A model generated the notes under the pieces. That model had not been told where the DNA came from. It worked only from the letters and a program-made list of their open reading frames with translations, and made no database searches. The translations under genes and the position numbers were made by a program. This document shows, piece by piece, positions 10,549-21,482 of a stretch of 30,951 nucleotides of DNA. The stretch's first letter is position 1. Each line of letters opens with the position of its first letter. The DNA is from Moniliella sp. 'wahieum' (taxonomy: Eukaryota), in contig RSEE01000132.1 of assembly GCA_003971905.1 (NCBI GenBank), forward strand, positions 124,001 to 154,951, in the 5' to 3' direction.

Positions 10549-12922
10549 ATGGGCAAGCGCAAGTCCCCGCCGAGTCCGCCGACCCGGCCCCCGCCGAGCC
10601 CACACACACCCACGACAAGCACCACCACAAGCACAAGAAGGACAAGACGGATAAGAAAGACAAGAAGGACAAGAAACGCAAGCACTCCCATCCCGCTGCC
10701 TCAGCCACCTCTCCCGCGCCCACCACGGCTCCTGGCTTCGACGCCGATCTGGCCAGCATCTTTGCCTCGGCCAGTACCGCTGCTGCTCCTGCTGCTGCTC
10801 CTGCTGCTGCTGCTCCTGCTGCTGCTCCTGCTGCTGCTTCTGCTGCTGCTGCTGCTCCCGCTCCTGTCCCCGCTGCGGTGGTGGCCGAAGAGACCGAGGA
10901 CGAGAACGAGGACGAAGGGTTGCGTCCGGACCAGCTGGCTGCGTTCCGAGAGGAGTTGGGTTTGCCTGCCACCGACGCCGACGCTGGTGCCGAGGACAGT
11001 GCCGCCAAAGACGAAGACGAAGACGAAGATGCAGACCAAGACGAGGATTCCGACGCTGGCACGGGCGCCGGTCTACGCCAGACACCGAGTGGGACCAAGA
11101 GCACGACCACAACCGCCACCCCAACCGAGTCCAAGTCCAAGGGGACGGGACCAGGCGTGACGCCAGCCCAACGGGCGGAGCAAGATCGACACACCTTGTT
11201 CCTAGGCAACGTGCCGCTGTCCACCCTGACGTCGCGCGCGGCACAACGACAATTGCGTACGCACGTCGCATCGCTCTTGCCTGGCCTACCACGTAGCGCA
11301 CTAGCTTCACTGCGGTTCCGTTCTGTGCCCTTTGCCCAGCCCACCGACCCGGTCGGACCGTCCGCAAACCGGGACGAACGCACGCGGTCGCATCGCCAGG
11401 CCGTTGCCCGTGCCGAGCTGCAAGAGCAAGGTGAAAACCCACTTAGTCTCACTTACCTCGCCCCCGGTCAAAAGCGCAAGATTGCTGCGATCAAGGCTGA
11501 GGTCAACCCGTTGGGTAGCTCGTGCAATGGTTACCTCGTACTTAACCCTGCTTTGGGCCAGATGCACCCGGCCTCAGCTGAGGCTGAGGCTGAGGATGAG
11601 GCTGACCGCGAAGCAAGCCCCGACTCGGACACCGACCTGCCCGCTCCGAAAGATAAAGACACGACCGACGTGGCTGGGAGCGGAGAGGGGGCGGCCCAGA
11701 CCCAAACCCCAACCCAAGCGATGGAAGTGCGTCTGGTAGCGGCCGTGTTGTTGGCGTCCTTGGTGGACGGGACGTTGTTCCAGGGCAAGCATTTACGATC
11801 GGACTTGGCTGTTGGCTTGACGCCTGAGGAGCTGAGTTCTGGGCAACGTGTTACGGAGCAGTACATCTCCTCTGGTGGTGAGTTTGCTCCCGATCCTGGT
11901 TCCTGCTCTGCAGGCGATCCAGCCGAGCCACGATCCGAGCCGGACCGTGTTCGTGGGCAACGTCGACTTTCAAGCGTCGGAAGAAGATCTGCGGTGGTTT
12001 TTCGAAGCGACGTTGGTGCAGGAACGTGGGCTGCCATCGCCTCTTCCTTCCTCTTCTAGTAGCGGCGTGTTTGGGTGCAGAGCGTACGGATCGTACGGGA
12101 CAAGGCGACGCAGTTGGGCAAAGGGTTTGCCTATGTCCGTTTGGCCGACGAAGCATGTGTAGACGAACTGATCGCACTAGCTCAAGCCGATGCAGAACGG
12201 TACCGTCTCGCACAACTTGCACATCGCAAAGCCGGTGCTTCGGAAAACGGTCACTCTCGTCCGTCCGTTAAGCGTACACTGAAATTCATGAAACGCGCCC
12301 TGCGCGTCTCGCGATGCAAGAACTTGCCCTCGTCCCGTCCTGGCTCTGGACATGGATCCCGTCCTGCCCTGGCTCTGGAGGTGGATCTGCTTTGGATCGT
12401 CCGCCGCCCCGCGGCATACGATGGACGCTCAGGGCGTACCGCCCACACCGCGAATGCGAGGCCGCTCCTCTGGTGCGCCCACGCCCGGTGGCACGTCGCC
12501 CTTTGCGCGTCTGCCGCGTCGGACCATGGACAGTAGTCGCGCGCACGTAGTGCGGCGCGCACGACTGGGCCGCACGTGCCCAGCCAAGCGGACCCTTCGG
12601 GGTCGTCCTCGGGATCGGGATTGGGTTCCGGATCGGGTTCGGGGATGGGATCTCCACGCCCTGTGCACCTGAAAGAAGGGAGCAAAGAAGCGTTGAAATG
12701 GCCAAGAAGCACGATGTGCACCGTACGGCCAAACGTTTGGCGAAGAAACAACAGAAACGGATGGACCGTGCCGTTGTCGCTGCGACAGGCACAGCGTCAG
12801 GTAAGACCGCTCCAACAGGTCGGGGCCAAGGCGTCCAAACCAGGTCAAGGCGGCAGCAAATTAAATCTGCTTCCAAATCGAAAAAACCGACATCTAAGGC
12901 GGCTCATAAGGCTTCCAAGTAA
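10549..12922 (+). CDS. NOP12: Nucleolar protein 12 (two RRMs; 60S ribosome biogenesis); several frameshifts
   Basis: Start cgccATGGGCAAGCGCAAG with a Lys-rich N-terminus and FDADLASIF. RRM1: DRHTLFLGNVP...SLRFRSVPF...KRKIAAIK...SCNGYLV...GTLFQGKHLRSDLA. RRM2: DPSRTVFVGNVDFQASEEDLRWFF...VQSVRIVRDKATQLGKGFAYV...LKFMKRALRVSRCK. Basic C-terminus AKRLAKKQQKR...KASK*. Confidence 0.85.
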
Positions 12923-13757
12923 TTTTACTTCTATTCGGTTTGGTGTGTTGAGCTTCAATGCGTTGCCCAGGTTCGCTGGTTCGCTGGTTCGCAGGTTCAC
13001 AGGTTCACAGGATCTTTCGTCTACGACAGGGGGGAGGGGGGAGCGAATAGAACACATGCCGGATTTGAGATTTGAGGTATTTGCTCTGGTTTTGGGACTG
13101 GTTTTGGGACTGGGACTGTGCCCTACTCAACTCGACTCGACTTAACTCAACTCGGCTCGACTCTACGGTACCCGTGCCCCACCTCCCACCGATCCTTTTG
13201 CTACGACCTAGTCTCCTCCGCGAGGTCAAACAAGACAAGATGTCCTGCGACAGGTTAAGACCTTTGATCCATATGAATGCAACCCAGTAACCAGAACCCT
13301 GAGACGGATGGATGTATGTGTAAATGTAAGTGTAAGTATGTGTGTGTGGGAGTGCGAGTGCGAGGGCGAGGGCGAGGGCGAGGGGAGGGCGAGGGCGAGA
13401 AGATGTCCTGAGAGAACCCACACCCGGGAAGGAGAACGATGAGAGAAAAGAAAATCACACCGCGAGAGGGAGAGGAAGATAACAAGGAAGAAAACCGGAC
13501 TCCCCACCCCTAACCCCAACATAGAACCCACAAAGAAGAGAGTGGACATTACGTTCCTCGGGTGGTAACCTTGTTGTTCTCGATACCGTTGACAATACGT
13601 AGTTGACGTTTCGTTGTGGGTACCGTTATCAATGTTAATGCTGTTAATGTTGACGATGACGATGATGAGGATGAGGATGAGGATGAGGATGAGGACGCTG
13701 ATGGTTGGCCAGGGGGGGGAGCACTATACCGTGCACTACTGTATCTTAGGGGGGCTG

Positions 13758-16700
13758 CTAGTCGTACCACTGACGCGTCGAAGCGTGCGACCCCCACAGC
13801 GTAGCCCACAAGTCCCGTGCGGTATTCACCAGTTCCGCCGCACGCGCTACCACGCCCCCCCCTCCGTCACCCTCGCCCTCACCACCACCATCACCTTGGT
13901 CGTGACCCTGGTCGTGACCCAGGGCATGGTTTTGGTCTTTTCCCTGGGTTTGACCTTGACCCTGGCGTTGACACTGGCGTTGACCCTGGTCTTGCCACCC
14001 TGGACCCTGGAGTTGACCCTGGAGTTGACCTTGACCCTGCTCTTGTACCACCATCTCTTGGATCGAGATCGGCGCGCCCAAGTTGGAACCCAAGGTGGCT
14101 TCCACCCTGCTTTCGCTGCGTCTTGTCTTGCTCTCGCTCCTGTGCTTCGACGGTTTCGTACGTGCGTGCGTCGGGGGGTGGTAGAGCGGTTGCAACTTGG
14201 ACTTGGGCTGGGACGGGGTTGTGCACTTGGGGCTGGACATGTGCTTGTACTTGTGGTTGCACTTGTACTTGGGGTTGCACTTGTACTTGGGGTTGTGGTG
14301 TGGCTGGACCCGATGGGACGGGATGTACCACGCTGCGAAGTGCGCTGGGCCTCGGTGCTTCACCTGGCTCTTGCCCTTGCTCTTGCCCTTGTTCTTGCCC
14401 TTGCTCTGGCTGTGGCTCTCTGGTCCCTCGGGGCTCATGGCGGGGCGGTCTGGACCCAACTACTTTTGCGGTCCGTGGGCCGACGCCCGCACCCCGCCAC
14501 GAAACCGAACGCGAAGCCGAAGCCGATGCTGATGCTGATGCTGATGCCTTTGGACGCCGACGCAGGAAAATCGGCGAGCCAGCGTCCATCGTCTCCTCCT
14601 CCTCGTCCATCTCCTCGTCCGTCTGGTCGTCCATCTGGTTGTCCATCTGGTCGTCCATCTGGTTGTCCATCTGGTCGTCCATTTCCTGGTCAAAATCGTC
14701 ATCAGACTGGTCCGTCACGTCCGTCGTCACCTCACTCTCTGTCCCGCTCTCGTCCCACCAGAGCGGCGTGCTACCTGGTGTCGCACATGCGGCCGAAGAG
14801 CTCGACCCAGAACCACCACCACCACCACCACAACCACAACCACAACCACCCGATCCCAAATCCGAGCCGAGGCAAAATGCGCAATAAGCACGCGGGGACG
14901 AAGAGAGGTCCAGGACCAAACCACGTTCCGGTCCAGGTGTAGGTGTAGGTGTAGGTGTAGGTGTAGGTGTAGGTGTAGGTGTAGGTGTAGGTGTAGACTC
15001 GGTACCGCCTCTTCCATCTGTGGGTGCGGCCCGCGTCGCACGCAAATACGTTTGCCGCGCGCGCACCGACGCGGTCCTCTCCGCTTCCTCTTTCTCGTTC
15101 TCTTTGTGCGAATGGGTCTGGGGTTGTGTCTGGGACTCGGTTTGCTTCGGCGTCAGATTCGGGTCCTTGGGGTCCTGGTGGTCCTTGTCATCGTGCTTGT
15201 GGTTCTGGGGGTCCCAGTCGAGCGTGTGGTGCGTGTCGTGGGTCAAGTCCGGCTGGGAACGGACATGCTGCTCGGTCCAGCCACTGGTCCAGCGCTTGGT
15301 CCACCGCTCGGTCCACCCTATTGTTCGTCCAACAGCTGCTCGCCCCCCCCCCCCCCGCCCCCGCAAGGTCACCGGTCGTATGTCGTAAGTTGTAGGTCGT
15401 ACGTCGTACGACGTACATCGTAGGTTGTAGGTTACAGGTCGACGTGGTCCGCAACAACCAACCAAGTAAAACCACACAGAACAGAACAAAAAGATAGTAC
15501 AAAGAGAGAACAAAAGGCCCATACTGGTCAGTACCTTGCCGTCGCTCTGTTTCTCCAGGGTTGGCACAGAGACGTGTACATGTACATGTCCATGTCCTAC
15601 CTCACCCGTGCCCCGCGGACGGGAGATATGAGACCACAGGGAGATGAGAACGGGAAGTGGGGAGGGAGATTCAACGTACCGTACCATCCACCATAGAAAC
15701 CGAGTCCGAGATAGGGGACTGCGTGTCCACTACCGCCGCAGGTGCAGGTGCAGATGGGACCTCAGACGTCCCTGTGCCAGCGTTCCCTCCGCGCCCTCGT
15801 CCTCGCACCGCTACTTGTCCTCCTTGGGCCGGTAGCGTCCACCGAGCCAACCAGGACCCCATCAGTCCTTCCCCCCCATCATCCTGTTCCTCCTTTTCTT
15901 CTTCGCCTTGGGCGTCGGCTTGGCCTTCGTCTTGCTTGAGCCGCGTAGGCGCCAAGCGTGCAATCGTACTGATCGGGGAAGGGAAGGGTCCCGTACCGCC
16001 GCTCCATCCGCCGCTCATCCGCCGCTCCATCCGTCGCTCCACCCGTCGCCCCATCCGTCTGCGCAATCGTCGGTGCATTCCTCACCCCATACTTCGCGGT
16101 CAGGGTGGACCGAGCGAGGCGGGAGGGCAATGCACTGTTCCACATGGGGATTGAACGTGATACGTTTGGTCGGGCTCGGGCGCGCAGCCGGCTCAGCTTG
16201 CGCGCAGCATGTCGCGACGGACCTACACCCAGGAGAAGTAGAAGTGTACGGTGCGCGTGCAGGTGCAGATGCAGGTGTAGATGCCGATGCAGATGCGCAG
16301 TTCGTAGGCGAACAGACGGGATAGAGTGGGGAGTCAGGCGGGCAAGCGGATGAGGGAGTAGAGGGAGAATAAGGGACGAGGGAGAAGAACAAGAAGAAGA
16401 ACAAGGAGAACAAGGAGAAGAGGAGGGAGACGAGGGGAGGGAGAAGGAGGCAAGACCATTGGGTGTACCCACACCCTCACCCACACTCACACCAGGCCCC
16501 ACACCGGCTTTGGTACGCATCGGTCCGTCAGAGAGCAACAGCTGACCAATGGTGCGGTGCTTGAGAATGGACTTTTGCCCACTCGCATTCACGTACCCAC
16601 CAAACCCCGCATGCACCAACGCCATCTCGCACTCGTACTCGGACTCGGACTCGGACTCCAACACCCTCGATCCCTCCTTCTCGCACTCCCCTTCACCCTC

Positions 16701-17669
16701 GACCCCGCACGCGTCCTCGTCCTCGTCCTCGCTCAACCGCACGGCTCCCCCCTTACTCTCCTCCCCCTCTTCTACGCCCCGTTCGAACGTTTCTGTATGG
16801 GCTGTGTCGGGTGCGGAGGCGGGGGAGCGGGTGGCGGGTGAGTGCGTGCCGACCGGGTGACGGTGTGAGACGCAGGGTTCCGAACCGGAGACGGACCTAG
16901 AGACCGAGCGCCGGGAACCAAGTGAGAGTGTCGGGTGCGCGACGGCTCGGCGGCGAGAGAAGTGGGCTTAGTGCTGGCACGGCGGCCGGACGCGCGTGGA
17001 GTGGTCCGTACAGCCAAGTCACGTCGCTGTTTCAGCCTTTGGGGGGAGAGGTCGTCAAAGGTAAAATGTAAATGTAAAGGGCAAAGGCAAGGGCAAGGTA
17101 AAGGTAAGGTAAAGGTAAAGGTAAAGGTAAAGGTAAAGGTAAAGGTAAAGGTAAAGGTAAAGGTAAATGCACAACGTGACCCATACACCCCCAAAATGAG
17201 GAACCGCCCAAGACCACACACCCCACACACATACACACACACACACACACAAAAAACACAGACCCAAACCAAACGGGTGGTTAGTGAGAGCCCAACAAAC
17301 CACGAGGCCAAGAACCCAGAAAAGAGCCCAGAGCCTAGAATCCAGACCCCGAGCCACGCCGAGCCACAGGGGGTGGGAGGCAAACCCGCAAACCCGCAAA
17401 ACCCCAAAAGACAAAAACGTACCAATTGAGTGTCCTTGGGTGGACCGTAGGGAGGCTCGCGCGTGTTGGGCCCAAGTCCGCCACGAAGCATTTTCCAATC
17501 GGACACCATTATCCAGTCGATACTTGTGCTTGCTCATTGCGCGCCAACTTGCCCACACATCTTCTTCGCCCACCCATTGGTGCGACAGGTAGTCGACGCA
17601 AATCCGTGCGCGCTCCTCCACCTCGGCATCGTCCGTCGCGGGAAGCGCACGCATTGGAAGTACACGCAT
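13758..17669 (-). CDS. REG1: Reg1-like protein phosphatase 1 regulatory subunit (DUF1752-type domain); introns at 17037..17422 and about 15336..15684; frameshifts; ends approximate
   Basis: DDAEVEERARICVDYLSHQWVGEEDVWASWRAM...NGVRLENASWRTW, then LPTVHPRTLNW|LK.SDVTWLYGPLH across the intron. KSILKHRT near 16551-16576, RVxF-type KRITFNPHVEQCIAL near 16125-16167, TIARLAPTRLK, and C-terminal GVVARAAELVNTARDLWATLWG. The stop is at 13758, or at 13549 if there is one more indel. Confidence 0.8.
14935..14996. repeat. (AGGTGT)10 microsatellite encoding a Thr-Pro run in the Reg1-like gene
   Basis: Directly visible perfect hexamer array. Confidence 0.95.
17097..17167. repeat. (GGTAAA)n microsatellite inside a Reg1 intron
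   Basis: 10 perfect units at 17108-17167 plus flanking full and partial units. Confidence 0.95.
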
Positions 17670-17739
17670 TGGTCTGTGTGTGGGTTCGCGGGGGGGTGGG
17701 AACTGGGGCCGGCAGCGTGGATGGACGGTGGTGCTGGTG

Positions 17740-18019
17740 CTGGTGGTGCAGAACACAGGTTAGCAACCAAAGAAAAAACCGAGATGAGAGGGTCGACTTG
17801 GGTGCCAAAACTTGGGAATTCCAATTCCCAACGCGTCCGCAAGCGATGGGCGAGTGGTCCGGCGGCTGCACTTTTTGTCCACTCGGCACGTCGGGACCGA
17901 ATACTGAGTGGGTGGGAGAGATGGCTGAGATCAGCTCTCTGACACCAACCCAGAGAAAAACGGGCCGGCGGCGATGCCTACTTGGTGTCTACTCAGTCTG
18001 GTACTCAGTGAGTACTTAC
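17740..18019 (-). other. Probable 5'-UTR intron of the Reg1-like gene
   Basis: GTAAGT donor at 18019, GCTAAC branch at 17764-17759, CAG acceptor ending at 17740. No obvious upstream coding exon. Confidence 0.45.
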
Positions 18020-19001
18020 TCGATAACACCCCAAAGCCGATGACAGATGTTTGTGAGATGGGCTGTAACAATTACCGTTGAATGTTTAACCCAGCCAGTT
18101 GCCACCCCAACGTTGCAACGTGCACCGACGGTGGTAAAGGGTATCCGGGAAAGGGTACGCGGTACGCTTTACGCTGGTTGGGGCAGCGCAGCACCTAGGA
18201 ACGCACCACCTAGGAATTACTCCCTCGCGCCTCGCCCTTCTCATCCACACACCCGCCCCCTGCCCCCAAGTATCTGACACTGCTCCCCTCCTCTTGGCCT
18301 GGCTTTTCCCCACCGCAGCCTGCGCTCCGATGAGCTCCGATGCGCTCCGATGCGCTCCGATGCGCTGGCGTGGCTAGCGTCTCGTGTCTCCCCCCGGCTT
18401 GCTCCGACCATTGTGCCCCAAGCGACCCCACTCGTACCCACTCTTTGATCTTCAAGCTTCGCACGTACCCCTGCGTCCCATCCAACGTCCAACCAATCCC
18501 ATCCAATCTTCATCTTCGTCCGTCTGGGGACCGACGGTGACTAGGCGACTAGCTGACTCTCTTTTGTCCGCTGCTCATCGATCATCGCTCATCCACGGAA
18601 CCTGCCCCCGTCGCTCAGAATGCAAGAATCGGACCTCCCATCGCATTCCCTCCATGCCAATTCCATCTCCACTGTCTTCATCTCCATCCTTCGGGCGCCA
18701 CCCTCCGCACCTACTCTTACCCCCTACCCAGAACTACTTACACACCCTCTGCCCTGTACTGTACACATTCATGCATCTCATCTCCCCTCTGCCCAGCCAC
18801 CAACCACCAACTAACCCCCTCCCCCCCTATTACCGCTTAGCGCTTACCTCCGCCCCGCCACAGCACCCACACTAACCTAGCTATCCCTCCACCGACCACT
18901 GACCACCGCTGATCCTACATGTGACATGGTGACATGGATCCCCTGTCGATATCCTCTCGAACTGTCTTGCTCCTGTTTTTGCTTCCCGCATCGCGATCCC
19001 A

Positions 19002-19101
19002 ACGTCACGCGTCACGCGTCAAGGAACACCGATGTGCCCCACTGGGGTTGCCAGGATGCATGACGCATGCCGTGGGACATGTGACGCGTGACGCGTGACG
19101 T
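19002..19101. repeat. Perfect 20-bp inverted repeat with a 60-nt spacer
   Basis: ACGTCACGCGTCACGCGTCA (19002-19021) is the exact reverse complement of TGACGCGTGACGCGTGACGT (19082-19101). Confidence 0.9.
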
Positions 19102-19627
19102 GTGAGTGTGATGTTGCCACTGGGTCTGATGGATGTGGGACATACGAATGACATGCGGCAGATACGAGGTCTAGGAGATAATGGCAGATTGCGATGGGAG
19201 ATTTTTAACGACCCACGGCGGCCAAAGAAAAAACAGGACTGAACCTTAGTCCTCAGTCTCAGTCCTCAGTCGGTTGCGCCCCAAAGACGGTCTAAGGCGC
19301 ACAACCAACCGCGTCCAACCAAAGGGATGCTACCAAGGGATATATGCCAAAGACGTCCTACGAAAAGGTAGATGAGATACGGATCCGCTTGTCGGTTGTC
19401 GAGTACAGTACCCGCGGAATGCGTACCCGCGGAACCCCCCCCTGTTCCATGGTAGCATTAGCTTTTTTTGGTTATTGCTTAGCTGCTCGTTGCGTGGTCG
19501 GGCGGTCCGCGGTCCGCAGTATTGTGCTTTTTTATGCATTTTGGCAGCTTTGTTCTTTCTTGTTTGGGCAGCTTGGCTTGGCTTGGCTTCGCTTCGCGGA
19601 GCTTACCGGTTACCTAGGGCCAAGAGC

Positions 19628-19647
19628 GATAAGTGATAAGCTTATCA
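19628..19647. promoter_or_regulatory. Clustered GATA-factor sites
   Basis: GATAAG at 19628 and 19635 plus reverse CTTATC at 19641. These include the 14-bp palindrome TGATAAGCTTATCA. Confidence 0.45.
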
Positions 19648-19742
19648 GAAAATGGGGGTTCTCTTCGTATATCGTACCCAGATCAGTAACCAGTGACATG
19701 CTAGTGACAGCGCTTAATTAGCGTTCAGCGTAAGCTTAACGG

Positions 19743-19777
19743 TTTAACGTTTAACGTTTAACGTTTAACGTTTAACG
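19743..19777. repeat. (TTTAACG)5 heptamer array
   Basis: Five perfect units, preceded by CTTAACG. Confidence 0.95.
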
Positions 19778-21482
19778 CTCAAGAGCTAAGTGGGACGAAC
19801 GAAGCGCTGGGCCGAAACCGGCCTGCTCAGCGCCAAAGATTAATGAGATCGGAGAGCTCATTGATCATTCGATCATTCGACGTGTGTTGCTTGGTTCTTG
19901 GCGAAACCCGATGGAGGACGCGAGGGAACGTGGGACCCCAGCAGCCTTTCGGGACGCTCTGGCGCGCACCTGGCATGGGTTCCCGGTCCGGAGGTATAGC
20001 GCAATGGTAATGGAGATCCGAATCGAATGCAACCATTGTGTTCAGGACTTCGTAAGATTCAAGTGACTAGGAGATTGAAGATCGATACAGAGCCTGGTAC
20101 TTGGCGTTTCTCGGCAGGAGCCTAGCCTAGACAAGGCCTAAGGCCTAAGCCCGAGAATGGATCCGGGGGGGGGGCAGGCATTTCCGTAAGTACAATAGTC
20201 CAACCCAGTGACCGCATTGCGCGGTATTATGTATTATAGCGCGTTAGAGCGTTGGGCCGTAGCCCTGCCCGCGCCGTAGTGTGGTAGTGTGGGCCCGCCC
20301 CCCCGATAATCGATGACGCACTGAGTACTCGACTGAACTCAGTCGTCAACGCGTCAACGGTCAACTGAACTCGAACTCGGTCTGGGGTCTGATCTGAATC
20401 TGACAGAGTACTGAATTGAAGAGTGCACTAGTACTGTCGGAGTGTTGCCATTGACCGGTACATTGACCGTGGAACAGCGTTGGCCAGCCCCAGACTGGCG
20501 CCACGCCATGCGCCTTGCCTGCCCTGGCTCACATGCCACAGGAAGCAGCCCACACCATGTATCTTACTCGCTACTCGCTACTCGCTACTCCTACTCCCGC
20601 ACCTCCCGCTGTGGTGTGTGGTGTGTGGTGTGTGGTCTGTAATCTGTGTCCCCCTACCTCCATCACGCCGTGCTCGCTATGGTACGTCGTCCTCCCCTGC
20701 CCCCCACCCGCAGCCGCACTAACCCTCCCTCCCCTCTCCCTTGTTCTACCCTAAGGGTTCCTGCTTCTCGTCGCCGGACAAGCCCAAGGCCAAGCCCGCT
20801 GGGCAAGACAGTTTGCGCGCACCACATCCTCGTACCAGGGCAGCAACGCCGATGCGATGCGCTACTCGGACCGGCCTAACCCGACGCTGCAGGGCCACCC
20901 CACCGCCGCGCAGCTGGCTAAGACCTCTACCCTCGAGGCACGCGTCAAGCAGGCCGAGGCGCAGAACCGCGCGCGTACGGGATAAGCGTACCCACTCACC
21001 AACTGGCCCTGTCTGCTGTCTGCTGTCTGTCCCTGTGTTTGTGTTAATGTTTGTGTCTGTGTTTGTGCCTGTGCACGCTGGTCTGGCCCTCTGAGGATGG
21101 AGGGGTCGAGGTGCATTCGATATTCGCTGTGGCCTGGGTGCGGATGCTTGCTCTGCCTCGGGCGTGCTGCTCCTGGTGTGGTGGTGGTGGTGGTGGTGTA
21201 GTGGGACGGGGAGGCGAGTAGTGAGTGGACTGAGTGGTGAGATCTGAGATGGCCAGCTGAGAGTTCGACTTGTGCTGGTGAATATTGAATTGTGAATTGG
21301 AATTGGATGTGGACAGCGGAGGGGCCGAGCGGAACGCAGCGGAGATTCCGCTGGGCTGCTGCCGTGCGCTCCTGTTAGGCGATTGGAGTAGAGGATTACA
21401 GTACAGCGGGTACACCACCAGAAAAAAAAGACCAACACTCAGCTCTCCACTCCATCCCCACTAACCCCCCCCTCCTCCCCCC

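Noticed and set aside
9676..11442. Long antisense ORFs (588 aa here; also 13614..14942, 7264..8118 and others)
   Set aside because: Shadows of GC-rich, repeat-rich coding sequence on the opposite strand, with no domain signal.
19330..21438. Short ORFs in the REG1-helicase gap
   Set aside because: No conserved motifs or convincing splice structure, and they are interrupted by non-3n repeats.
18300..21480. Telomerase RNA, tRNA, snRNA or 5S rRNA in the large intergenic region
   Set aside because: I found no CTAACCCTAA-type template, no tRNA cloverleaf with A/B boxes and no U-snRNA or 5S signature by eye. An Rfam search would be needed to exclude divergent ncRNAs.
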